DNA from: Polyangiales bacterium
Lineage (GTDB): Bacteria > Myxococcota_A > Polyangia > Polyangiales > Polyangiaceae
Assembly (NCBI GenBank): GCA_038231275.1
Contig: JBBRLQ010000007.1
Location: 160,001-224,000 of the forward strand
Direction of reading: 5' to 3'
DNA length: 64,000 nucleotides
The notes under the pieces were generated by a model. The model searched no databases. It saw nothing but the letters and a program-made list of their open reading frames with translations, and was not told the origin of the DNA. A program made the position numbers and the translations under genes. This document shows, piece after piece, positions 8,750 to 17,726 of this stretch. Positions within the stretch are counted from its first letter, which is position 1; each line of letters opens with the position of its first letter.

Positions 8750-10807
8750 CTATTTCGGGTCGCGCGTGAACGTGTACGCCTGCTGCGGCGATTCCAGGGT
8801 GAGCGTCGCTTTGCTCTCGTCGCCGCCGCCGCCGCCGATGGTGAGCTCGGTGCCCGTGAGCGGCGGATCGAGGAGGCACGCCTTGATCGTTCCGTCGGTC
8901 ATCTTCTTTTGGCCGAGTGCGCTCTTCCATTCGCCGGCGTCGAACCAAAGAACGCCCTTCTTGTCGAGCGTGACCTTCACCTTGCCGAGACTCGGGTTCG
9001 TGTACACGCCAACGAGCTTGGCGCTCCACTCCTTGTCCGGCTCGCGGGTGATCTTGGCGAGCTCGCGCTCGACCTCGTCTTTGCGTTGCTTCTGCGCGTA
9101 GGCGACGCGGGGCTTGGCGAGGTCCTTCCCATCGAAGAGCTCCTCGATGATCTTGCGTTGCACGGCCCCGTTGAACGCCCCCGCGTCGACGACGTTCGAA
9201 AGGACCAAGATCGCGGTTTTCTGCTCGGGGAGCATGAACATGAGTGTCGTGAAACCGAACGTGCCGCCGTCGTGCCACAGGATTGGTAGGTCGCGGTACG
9301 TGCCGACGCCGAGGCCGAGCCCGTAGCTCTGGGTGTCGCCCATCTTCACGTTGGGCTTGCGACGCTCGATGAGGTTCGCCTCGCTGACGACGCGTTTGCC
9401 CTCGGGCGTCACGCCGCCCGCCATCTCCGTCATCACGTAGCGCTCCATGTCCTTCAGGTTCGACCACGTGCCGCCGGCGGGGCGCACCGGAAGGCTGAAG
9501 TGCTCCATCGCGAGCGGGATCGGCTTCACCTCGTACGCCACGTTGGCGCTGTGGGGTGTCGCGTGCTCGGCGCGCGCGGCGGCGGTGAAGTCGAGCGTGG
9601 ACGACTTCATCCCGATGGGGTCGAAGATCTTTGCCTTCATCGCCGCGTCGTACGCGGGGCCGAGCGCCTTCTTGGGGTCGAACGCGTGCCCCGCCGCGTA
9701 ACCGCCGGCGGCCACGAGGAGGTTACTGTACTGGAACACCTCGCCGAACGGCGTCGTCGGCTTCATGCCCTTCATCGAGGCGACGCGCTGCTCCGGGGTG
9801 ACGGCGGCGTACTCGAAGAGGAACTCCATGTCCTGACGCGGCATGCCGGTGCACGCGCACGACGTGTACGCCAAGGTCAGCTTCTTCGTGGTCTCCGGAT
9901 CGCCGAGCGCGAACGTCGGGAGCACGTCGGTCACCGGCGTCGTCCAGGTGAACTTTCCGGCGTCGACGAGCGTGGCCTCCATCATCGTCGTCATGCTCTG
10001 GCCGATGGATCCCATCATGAAGAGCGTCTTGGGGGTGACCTTGTCCTTCTTGCCGAGCGTTCGCGTGCCGAAGCCCTTCTCGTAGACGACCTTGCCGCCG
10101 CTGACGATCGCCACCGCGGTCCCAGGGACGCTCAGCGCGATCCGCGCCTCCTCCACGAACGCGTCGATCTCCCCCGTTCGCTTCGCGTCGAGCTCGTTCG
10201 GCGTCTTGCCCTTGAACGACTCCTCCGCCAGGCCCTTCGGCGCGAACGTCCAGAGCGCGGCGTCCAGTTGCGCGGAGCGTCGATCGAGCGCGGCGTCACC
10301 GGCGCCGACGAGCGCGACGTAGTGCTTCTCGCCGAACTTTCGCGCGAGCGCAAAGACCGCCCGATGCTCGGTGGTCTTGGTCTCGTACTCGACCTCCGTG
10401 ACGTGGTCCCACCCGCGGATCGGCGGCGGGCTCTCCGTCCGCTTGATCGCGCGCGCGAAGTCGGGACGCACGACCGACCACGCTGCGGCGACCGCCTTCG
10501 CAGGATCGCTCTCCGCGACCTCGAGAAAGGAGACGCGCATCTCCTTGTCGGGATCCTCGAGGATCGTCACGTCACCCTCGGTGACCCACCAACCCTTCGA
10601 GGCCGTGAACGTCGCGCCGGAGGGCGTGGTGATCGGGGTGTCGTCGGTCAGCTGGCGCGCAGACGGCGTCGGAGGCCCGAGCTCGTCGACCATCGGGGGG
10701 ACCGGAGTAGACGGGATCGGCGTCGGCGTCGGCGCCGGGGGAGGCGGCGGTTTGCTCCCGCAGGCGACGATGAACGTGAGGAGGGAGACGAGAGCTGCGG
10801 AGCGCAT
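8750..10807 (-). CDS. Serine hydrolase/beta-lactamase class C-like lipoprotein (SxxK motif reads SIGQ)
   Basis: Lipobox IVAC; VPGTAVAIV, FMMGSIGQ, FQYSN and WHDGG motifs. Confidence 0.85.
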   Translation of the reverse strand: MRSAALVSLLTFIVACGSKPPPPPAPTPTPIPSTPVPPMVDELGPPTPSARQLTDDTPITTPSGATFTASKGWWVTEGDVTILEDPDKEMRVSFLEVAESDPAKAVAAAWSVVRPDFARAIKRTESPPPIRGWDHVTEVEYETKTTEHRAVFALARKFGEKHYVALVGAGDAALDRRSAQLDAALWTFAPKGLAEESFKGKTPNELDAKRTGEIDAFVEEARIALSVPGTAVAIVSGGKVVYEKGFGTRTLGKKDKVTPKTLFMMGSIGQSMTTMMEATLVDAGKFTWTTPVTDVLPTFALGDPETTKKLTLAYTSCACTGMPRQDMEFLFEYAAVTPEQRVASMKGMKPTTPFGEVFQYSNLLVAAGGYAAGHAFDPKKALGPAYDAAMKAKIFDPIGMKSSTLDFTAAARAEHATPHSANVAYEVKPIPLAMEHFSLPVRPAGGTWSNLKDMERYVMTEMAGGVTPEGKRVVSEANLIERRKPNVKMGDTQSYGLGLGVGTYRDLPILWHDGGTFGFTTLMFMLPEQKTAILVLSNVVDAGAFNGAVQRKIIEELFDGKDLAKPRVAYAQKQRKDEVERELAKITREPDKEWSAKLVGVYTNPSLGKVKVTLDKKGVLWFDAGEWKSALGQKKMTDGTIKACLLDPPLTGTELTIGGGGGDESKATLTLESPQQAYTFTRDPK

Positions 10808-10869
10808 GCGCCGCAGCATAGAGCAAGGCCAGTTCGCAAGAACAGAGACCAGAACAGTTAGACCAGAGC

Positions 10870-12759
10870 CTACGCTCCGTCGCCGGCCGCTCCGGTGGCG
10901 ACGTCGACCCGGACCTTGTCGCGCGGTAGCCAGAGGGCGGCGCGCAGCTCCTCTACCCGTTTTTGCCCCTTTTCGAGCCGTCCCGCGAGATCCTCCACCA
11001 GCGCGATCGCCGGCGCGTCGTTCTCGACACCGTCGGTGCGCGCGGCCTGCGTCGCGTGCAGGACCTCGAGGACCTCGCGGTGCAGCTCCTCGCCGGCCGT
11101 GAGGACCCACGCGTCGAGCTTCGCGGCGAACTCGTCGATCATCTCGTCGAGCTTGGGCCCGACCTTCGCGGCGGCTTGCTTCAGCACCTCCGGCGCGACC
11201 TCCTTCGCCTTCTTCCGGTACTCCTCTTCCACCTTGCCCTTGACGACGAGCGCGAGGATCGGCGCGGCGACCGTGAGGAGGCCGCCGACGAGGAGGTTCA
11301 CGAACATGACGCCGAGGCCCACCGTGATGAGCGCGGCGATGCCCATGTCGTACTTGAACGTGTCGATCTGCACCTCGAGGCGCTTCACGTCGGTGCCGAG
11401 CTTCTCGCCGACGCGGCGGGTCGTGTCGTGCGCGTCCTCGCGGACGAGCGCGATCGTCTTCTCTGCGAGACCCTCCAGCTGGGCGGCGATGTCCTTCGCT
11501 TCGACCTCCGCCCATTGGCGGAACGTGTCCTCGAGGAAGGCCGGGAGGTAGTTCTTGAGATCGTCGGATTTCGCCGAGTCGATCACGTTGGGGATCTGCT
11601 TGATGACGTCGTCGACGAAGCGATCGAGATCCTTGCGGGCGCCGACCTTGATGCCGGTGACGTCTTCGCGGATCTTCTGGCGGCGCTGCTCGATCGTCAT
11701 GGCCTGGCCGGCGAGATCTTGCTCGAGGGCCTTGATGCGACGATCGAGCTCTTCGACCTTCATCGCCACCGCGCGGCGCCGCGCGTCGACGCCGCGACCG
11801 AGGAGGGCCGCGACGTTGAGGCCCGCGCCGAGCGCGTTGTCGAGGAGGATGCGCCCGCGCTCTTCGGCGAGAAAATGCGTGAGGTGCTCGAGGAGATCGG
11901 TCATGCCGCTCTCGGCCACGCGCCCTCCCTGGAGCGCCGTCTCCGCGCTGACCGGGAAGACGAACGGATCCTTCACGAGCTTGCCGAGCTGGAGCTTGGC
12001 GTACGCGAGCGCCTCTTTGCGCTCAGCGTCGTTCAGGATGTCCCACTTCGTGATGACGAAGACGATCTTGTCGCGCGACGCGGCGAGGAGCTTCTCCTGG
12101 AGGAAGACGCGCTCGCTCTCCTTCAGGATCTGACCGGCGTCGAGGAGGAAGAGGACGGCGTCGGCGCGGGGAATGTAGCTGTAGGTGATGTCCGCGCGCT
12201 GGAGCGAGAGATCGTTCACGCCTGGCGTGTCGACGAGCAGGATTCGTTCCTTGAGCAGCTGCGCGGGGTAGCCGACCTCGAGAAAATCGACCTCCTCCGT
12301 GTGCGCGCTGCCGCCGACGGCGAAGTTGCGCGTGTCGCCGAACGGGATCGTCTCGCGCCGTCCGGACGCGAACTGCACGGTGGCCTCGGGGACCTCGGAG
12401 TACTTGAGGTGGTGGATGGCGGCGGTCGTCGGCGTGACGCCGACTGGGAGGACCGACTCGCCGAGGAGCGCGTTCACGAATGTCGACTTGCCGTGGTTGA
12501 ACTCGCCGACCACCACGAGGTGGAAGCGATCTTCCTCGAGCTTGTGCACCAAATCGCGATCGACGCGCTCCTTGAGCGTCTTGGCGCCGACCGCCTCGGC
12601 GAGCGCGGAGAGCTCCGCGAGGGCGCTTGTCACTTCGGTCTTCTTGTCGCGGAACGCGTCGAGCATCGCCTTTCCCTCACCCCTCTCGGAAGCCGATCCA
12701 ACCACCAAATGCGTGCCGCTCGCCTCGCTCGCCCCGTTCACACCGTTCGTCGCGCTCAT
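10870..12759 (-). CDS. Bacterial dynamin-like GTPase
   Basis: G1 GEFNHGKST, G2 PTT, G3 DTPG, G4 TKWD, PVSA; coiled coil and hydrophobic paddle GIAALITVGLGVMFVNLLVGGLLTVAAPILALVV. Confidence 0.9.
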   Translation of the reverse strand: MSATNGVNGASEASGTHLVVGSASERGEGKAMLDAFRDKKTEVTSALAELSALAEAVGAKTLKERVDRDLVHKLEEDRFHLVVVGEFNHGKSTFVNALLGESVLPVGVTPTTAAIHHLKYSEVPEATVQFASGRRETIPFGDTRNFAVGGSAHTEEVDFLEVGYPAQLLKERILLVDTPGVNDLSLQRADITYSYIPRADAVLFLLDAGQILKESERVFLQEKLLAASRDKIVFVITKWDILNDAERKEALAYAKLQLGKLVKDPFVFPVSAETALQGGRVAESGMTDLLEHLTHFLAEERGRILLDNALGAGLNVAALLGRGVDARRRAVAMKVEELDRRIKALEQDLAGQAMTIEQRRQKIREDVTGIKVGARKDLDRFVDDVIKQIPNVIDSAKSDDLKNYLPAFLEDTFRQWAEVEAKDIAAQLEGLAEKTIALVREDAHDTTRRVGEKLGTDVKRLEVQIDTFKYDMGIAALITVGLGVMFVNLLVGGLLTVAAPILALVVKGKVEEEYRKKAKEVAPEVLKQAAAKVGPKLDEMIDEFAAKLDAWVLTAGEELHREVLEVLHATQAARTDGVENDAPAIALVEDLAGRLEKGQKRVEELRAALWLPRDKVRVDVATGAAGDGA

Positions 12760-13655
12760 CAAGCGTCTCCCTTGAGGAGCTGGAGGACCTTGTCGTCCAC
12801 TTCCTTCATCGACAGCCCCGACGTCCCGAGGCCCGCCGCTTTGCGGTAGAGCTCGCTCTCCGCGAAGACGCGCATCGCGAGGACGCGCTTGGGGAGCCAT
12901 GGGTGCGTCGCGAAGACTTCCATGTAGCGCCCGAGGCCGTCCTTGCCCTCTTCGTACTGGTCGAGGAAGGCGTCGATGTTGAACTCTTCGTACAGCTTGC
13001 GCGATCCGAGGACGAGCTTCGTCAGGGCGCGGGCGGAGACCTGGTCGTTCTTGCTGCACAGCATGCCGGCGCGGTCGCACGTGATCTCGGCGCGGCGGCT
13101 CCATGCGCGGAGAGCGATGAGCGCGGGCTCGGTGATCCACTGCACGAAGACGCCGGCCATTCGCGTCAGGTAATGCAGCGCCGTGAGGTACACGACGTGC
13201 GAGTTGTGGATGTGGCCGCACTCGTGGCCGAGCACCGTCAGGAGCTCCTCGTCGGTGTAGTGATCGATGAGCGCCGAGTGCACCATGATGAACGACTCTT
13301 CGTTCGTGCCGTAGGTGGCGGCGTTCAGGTGCGGCGAGTTGACGATGTAGACCTGCGGCGTCTGAATCTGGAGGGTGTCCGCGCACGTCTTCACGAGCGA
13401 CTGGATTCGCGGGAACTGGCGCTCGCTGACGCGGACGGCGCTGCCGAGGAGCTGGCTCTTCCAGACGGTCTTGAACATGCGCACGGTGCTCGTGACGGCG
13501 AGCTCGACGGGCTTGGCGCGTTCGAAGGCGGCGCGCGTCTTCCGATCCATCACGTACGCGTACTCGTGCCCCGTGGTCTCCGCCCCACCCCCCGCGCGCT
13601 CGCTCTTCTTCCTCGCGACGAAGGCATCGAAATTCAAGGTGGGAGCGTTCGGCAT
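12759..13655 (-). CDS. M48 family Zn metallopeptidase (Ste24/HtpX-like)
   Basis: LNAATYG, GHECGH (HExxH), AEITCDR and THP motifs; TGATG coupling to dynamin gene. Confidence 0.88.
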   Translation of the reverse strand: MPNAPTLNFDAFVARKKSERAGGGAETTGHEYAYVMDRKTRAAFERAKPVELAVTSTVRMFKTVWKSQLLGSAVRVSERQFPRIQSLVKTCADTLQIQTPQVYIVNSPHLNAATYGTNEESFIMVHSALIDHYTDEELLTVLGHECGHIHNSHVVYLTALHYLTRMAGVFVQWITEPALIALRAWSRRAEITCDRAGMLCSKNDQVSARALTKLVLGSRKLYEEFNIDAFLDQYEEGKDGLGRYMEVFATHPWLPKRVLAMRVFAESELYRKAAGLGTSGLSMKEVDDKVLQLLKGDA

Positions 13656-13854
13656 GGGAGACCTTTCCTTAAGGGACGCGGCACCAGAAACGTAAGGCGC
13701 CCGGGTGGGCCGTGCAATCCACACCTAGCCGACGTGGTTTTGAGCGCAGCAGGCAAGGCGAGGAGAGCGACCCACGAGGTGCATACACACGGCAGAGCGA
13801 TTCTCTTCCTCTCAGCTCTACGGGTGGGACCCTGCGCGCGATCTAAAGGGGCGT

Positions 13855-14865
13855 CTAAAACGACTGGATCTTGAGGCCGCCGTTCACGAAACGGCTCTCG
13901 GAGCGCGACTTGTCGAAGGCGCCGGTCGCGGCGAGGGTGACGCCGGTGGCGACGAGGACCCCGGTGACGAAGAGCGCGCCCGTGGCCCAGCCAGGCCAGT
14001 GTCGGATCGCGGGCTCCTCGGTCGGACCCTCCTGCAGCGCGACCGGAGGGCCGACGCGCCACTCGGCGAGAGGACCGCAGGAGCCCCCTTCGCACGACGC
14101 GACGCCGAGCGCGGTGCCCATCGGCGCGACGGCGATCCAGCTCGAGCAGCGCACGCCGTCCGCCCGGACCGCGCCGTCGTCGAGGCGCGCGGATTCCACA
14201 TCGCCGCTGGAGCACGCGGGCGCGCCGCTGATCTGGACGCGCACCTCGGCGCCGGGCGCGGTGGAGAGCCAGCTCGCGAATCGGAGCGCGCCGCCCTCGG
14301 AGACGGTGAGGACGTGCTCGCCGGCCGGACGATCGGCGATCGGCGCGCCGTCGAGGAGGACGATCGCCTGCTCGCTCGCGCCGTCGACGACGATGCGCGC
14401 GCGCACCTTGGGCTCGGCGCTCGCCGCGATCTCGCCGACGCCCGCGACGCGTCCTCCGTCGAGCGCGGCCGCGCGACGCCACGCCGCGTCGCCGCGCGCG
14501 GGATCCCTCGGTTCGAGCCGGTGCCAGCGCGACGACCAGAGGCGATTCACTTCGGCCATGAGCCACGCCGCGTTGGGAAGCTCGGGGTGCGCGCGCAGAA
14601 CCGCCTCCGCCCGGGCGAGGGCGCGCTCGATCGCGTCGGGCTCCTGCGCCGCCAGTGCGTCGCGCGCGCGCTCGATTTCGTCCTCGACCCGCTCGATCCC
14701 CGCGAGATCGATCTCGATGGGCGCCGCACGCCCCGCCGCCGGAGTCACCAGTCGGACGCCACGCGCCAGCGCCCACTCCTCGAGGGCGTGCTGATCCGCC
14801 GCCCCGCGCGACGGAGCGAGCCACACCACCGGCGTGGGCGCGAGCTCCGGCGGCGCGGCGTCCAT
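13855..14865 (-). CDS. Hypothetical protein (helical N-terminus, PEGA-like middle, C-terminal TM segment)
   Basis: Starts 2 nt after bcp stop; VLLDG and GEHVL PEGA-like motifs; hydrophobic segment near C-terminus. Confidence 0.65.
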   Translation of the reverse strand: MDAAPPELAPTPVVWLAPSRGAADQHALEEWALARGVRLVTPAAGRAAPIEIDLAGIERVEDEIERARDALAAQEPDAIERALARAEAVLRAHPELPNAAWLMAEVNRLWSSRWHRLEPRDPARGDAAWRRAAALDGGRVAGVGEIAASAEPKVRARIVVDGASEQAIVLLDGAPIADRPAGEHVLTVSEGGALRFASWLSTAPGAEVRVQISGAPACSSGDVESARLDDGAVRADGVRCSSWIAVAPMGTALGVASCEGGSCGPLAEWRVGPPVALQEGPTEEPAIRHWPGWATGALFVTGVLVATGVTLAATGAFDKSRSESRFVNGGLKIQSF

Positions 14866-14867
14866 CG

Positions 14868-15464
14868 TCAGCGCTTCCCTGCGGCCGATTTCTTCGCGGC
14901 GCTCTTCTTGGCAGCGCTGTTCTTGGCAGCGCTCTTCTTGGCAGCGCTCTTCTTGGGGGCGCTCTTCTTCGGCGCGCTCGCCTTGCTCGGCGTGGCTGCC
15001 GCGTCACCGCCTCGAAGCGCGGCGAGCACCGCGTCGGCGTGGCCGTCGACCTTCACGGAAGGGAACACCTTCGCGAGCTTTCCATCGGGACCGATGACGA
15101 ACGTGCTGCGGATCGTGCCGAGCACCTTGCGGCCGTACATCGTCTTCTCGCCGTACGCCCCGAACGCTTTGTGAACCGAGAGGTCGGCGTCGGAGAGGAG
15201 GGGGAAGTTGAGCGCGTACTTGTCGCGGAAGCCGCAGTGGCTCGTGACCGAGTCCTTGCTGATGCCGAGCACCGTCGCGCCGAGCTTCGCGAGCTCCTTC
15301 TTTGCGGCTGAGAATGCTTGCGCTTCGCGCGTGCAGCCGGGCGTGTTGTCGCGTGGGTAGAAGTAAACGACCACGGGCTTGCCCGCGAAATCGTCGAGCC
15401 GAACGTTCTTTCCCGCGTCGCTCGGCAGCTCGAAGCGGGGCGCCTTCTGTCCTTCTTTCAGCAT
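14868..15464 (-). CDS. bcp: Bacterioferritin comigratory protein (peroxiredoxin Q) with Lys/Ala-rich tail
   Basis: VVVYFYPRDNTPGCTREA and RSTFVIG motifs; KKSAA repeats at C-terminus. Confidence 0.92.
   Translation of the reverse strand: MLKEGQKAPRFELPSDAGKNVRLDDFAGKPVVVYFYPRDNTPGCTREAQAFSAAKKELAKLGATVLGISKDSVTSHCGFRDKYALNFPLLSDADLSVHKAFGAYGEKTMYGRKVLGTIRSTFVIGPDGKLAKVFPSVKVDGHADAVLAALRGGDAAATPSKASAPKKSAPKKSAAKKSAAKNSAAKKSAAKKSAAGKR
14881..14985 (-). repeat. Seven imperfect 15-bp tandem repeats encoding K[K/A/N]SA[A/P]
   Basis: Units like GCAGCGCTCTTCTTG on + strand. Confidence 0.85.
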
Positions 15465-15528
15465 CGGATCTCCGTGGATCTCAAGGGGGCCGTTCCTGGT
15501 ACACTTTGGGTGTGAGGTCCCAAGGCTC

Positions 15529-16275
15529 GTGCAGCTAAATTTCGCCGCTCGTGAGGTCACGATCAAGCTCGTTTACTACGGGCCGGCGCTCAGTGGGAAG
15601 ACCACCAACCTCAAAGCGCTGCATCAGATCGTCAAGGACGAGAGCCGCGGGCGCCTGATGACGCTCGAGACCAAGGACGACCGTACCCTGTTTTTCGACA
15701 TGCTCCCGCTCACGTTCAAGGCGGGCGAAGAAGGCGGGCCGGCGTCGCACGGGATGAGCATGCGCCTCAAGGTGTTCACGGTCCCCGGACAGGTGCTGCA
15801 TTCGAGCACGCGGCGCCTGGTCCTCCAGGGAGCGGATGGGGTCGCCTTCATCGCCGACTCGCAAGTCGCGCAGACCGAGAACAACGCCGCCGCCTTCCTC
15901 GATCTCCGCGACAACGTGAAGGAGATGGGGCGGAGCATCAAAGACTTGCCGCTCATCATCCAGTTCAACAAGCGCGACATGCCGAACGTGCGAAAAGACG
16001 CCGAGATCGAGCAGCTCGCCCAGAAGGGCAAAGAGCCGGTGTTCACCGCGTCGGCCGTCAACGGAGAGGGCGTGCTCGAGTCGTTCTTCGGCCTCCTCTA
16101 CTTGACGTGGCAGCGGCTCGACGAAGAGCACCAGCTCGCGAGCAAGCTCGGCATCCGCCCCGACCAGTTCCTCACGATGGCGGCGCGCAAGCTCGGCCAC
16201 CAAGGTGACGTCGGCACGCTGCTCGCCGCGTGCGTGGGCGGGAGGCTGCTCCCCCGCGCAGGGAAGGCGCGCTGA
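15529..16275 (+). CDS. MglA/SofG-like small Ras-family GTPase
   Basis: KLVYYGPALSGKTTNL, DRTLFFD, TVPGQ, GADGVAFIADS, NKRD and ASA motifs; GTG start. Confidence 0.9.
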   Translation: MQLNFAAREVTIKLVYYGPALSGKTTNLKALHQIVKDESRGRLMTLETKDDRTLFFDMLPLTFKAGEEGGPASHGMSMRLKVFTVPGQVLHSSTRRLVLQGADGVAFIADSQVAQTENNAAAFLDLRDNVKEMGRSIKDLPLIIQFNKRDMPNVRKDAEIEQLAQKGKEPVFTASAVNGEGVLESFFGLLYLTWQRLDEEHQLASKLGIRPDQFLTMAARKLGHQGDVGTLLAACVGGRLLPRAGKAR

Positions 16276-16276
16276 C

Positions 16277-17719
16277 GTGACCGCCGATCCGCGTAGCACC
16301 CCGGACGTGACCGAGCTGGCGATCGATGGCCTCCTCAGGCTGGAGGATCTCGTCGATCGCACTGCGCTCACCGAGCTCACGAAGAGCTTCTTCACGCTCT
16401 TCGGCATCCCGGTGCGCATCTACTCGAACGACGGCCTCCTGCTCGCCGACGCGTCGAACGAGCACGAGGTGTGCGCGTACGTGAACACTACCGGCGGCGG
16501 ACGAAAGGCGTGCACGGAGACGGTGCGCGGCGTGCGAACGTCGGAGCTCGAGGACGCGACCAACGAGGTCGTCCACACCTGCTTCACCGGCAACGTCTAC
16601 CGCGTCGTCCCGCTCGAATACGACAGCCGCCGCATCGGCCGCATCATCCTCGGCCCCTACGCGCCGCCGTCGTTGACCAGCGTGCCGCAGACCTTGCTCG
16701 ACGTCGACAAGGGCATCGAGAAGGGGCGCGCGCTCACGCTCCTCGGCAAGGTGCCGCGCGCCAAGCCCGAGACGATCACGCGCATCGGCAACCACCTCAA
16801 AGCGGCGCTCGATCTCATCCTCTTCAGCGGGCACAAGTCGCTCCTGACGAGCCAGATGCACCTCCTCAGCGTGCGCGAGAGCTACCGCGAGCTCCAGGAG
16901 AAGAACGCGAAGCTCCAGGAGGCCTACGACCGTCTGAAGGAGCTCGATCGCCTCAAATCGAACTTCCTCGCCACCGTGAGCCACGAACTGCGCACGCCGC
17001 TCACGTCGATCATCGGCTACAGCGAGATGCTCAGCGAGGGCATCGCCGGCGAGTTGAGCGGCGAGCAGGCAGAGTTCGTCAAGACGATCCACGAAAAGGG
17101 GGAGCAGCTCCTCGGGCTCATCAAGGGTCTCCTCGATCTGTCGAAGCTCGAGAGCGGCACGATGTCGATGCGCCGCCGGACGATCGTGATCAAGGAGGTG
17201 CTCGACGAGGTGCTGTCGACGCTGACCCCGATCGCGCGCAAGAAGGGCGTGGAGCTGCGGCTCGACGTCGAGGGGGTGTCGACCGAGCTGCGCGCCGATC
17301 CCGAGCGTCTTCGTCAGGTGTTCATCAACCTGGTCGACAACGCGCTCAAGTTCACGCCGCAGGGCGGCTCGGTGACGATGCGCGCGCGCATGGTGAGCTC
17401 GTCGAGCGACGGCGAAGAGGACTCGGGCTTCGCGCTGATGGCGCCGGCGCTGTCGAAGATCGAAGTGCGCGTCATGGACACTGGCATCGGCATCCCCGCG
17501 CACGAACGGGCGAAGGTGTTCGATCCGTTCTACCAGGTCGACTCGTCGTCGACGCGCGAGTACGGCGGCACTGGGCTCGGGCTCTCCATCGTGAAGCGGC
17601 TCGTCGAGGCGCACGGCGGCACCGTCGGGATCGAGGGGAACGAGCCGCGCGGCACAGTCTTCGTGGTTCGGCTGCCGCCGGCGTCGCTCGCGTCGGGGCG
17701 ACCGCCCGCGATGGGCTGA
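16277..17719 (+). CDS. Soluble sensor histidine kinase with PocR-like N-terminal domain
   Basis: HisKA SHELRTPLT; NLVDNALKF, DTGIGI and GGTGLGL boxes; N-terminal 'FGIPVRI...C...C...C' PocR-like pattern; no TM. Confidence 0.9.
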   Translation: MTADPRSTPDVTELAIDGLLRLEDLVDRTALTELTKSFFTLFGIPVRIYSNDGLLLADASNEHEVCAYVNTTGGGRKACTETVRGVRTSELEDATNEVVHTCFTGNVYRVVPLEYDSRRIGRIILGPYAPPSLTSVPQTLLDVDKGIEKGRALTLLGKVPRAKPETITRIGNHLKAALDLILFSGHKSLLTSQMHLLSVRESYRELQEKNAKLQEAYDRLKELDRLKSNFLATVSHELRTPLTSIIGYSEMLSEGIAGELSGEQAEFVKTIHEKGEQLLGLIKGLLDLSKLESGTMSMRRRTIVIKEVLDEVLSTLTPIARKKGVELRLDVEGVSTELRADPERLRQVFINLVDNALKFTPQGGSVTMRARMVSSSSDGEEDSGFALMAPALSKIEVRVMDTGIGIPAHERAKVFDPFYQVDSSSTREYGGTGLGLSIVKRLVEAHGGTVGIEGNEPRGTVFVVRLPPASLASGRPPAMG

Positions 17720-17726
17720 GCGCGCG

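Noticed and set aside
6138..9101. 987-aa + strand ORF, and similar long ORFs at 23931-26891, 29662-32097, 52904-55024 and 57962-60091
   Set aside because: Antisense shadows of well-supported genes; Arg/Ala/Gly-rich with no motifs, as expected in high-GC DNA
10839..10870. Short direct repeat AGAACAG..AGACCAG upstream of the beta-lactamase-like gene
   Set aside because: Only two imperfect copies; too weak to call an operator
10870..13386. Apparent long N-terminal extensions or fusions in the ORF track (also 8750-11515, 17852-20236, 47498-49642, 56217-58742)
   Set aside because: The extensions overlap neighbouring real genes in other frames or on the other strand; true starts are internal, supported by RBS, lipobox or stop/start coupling
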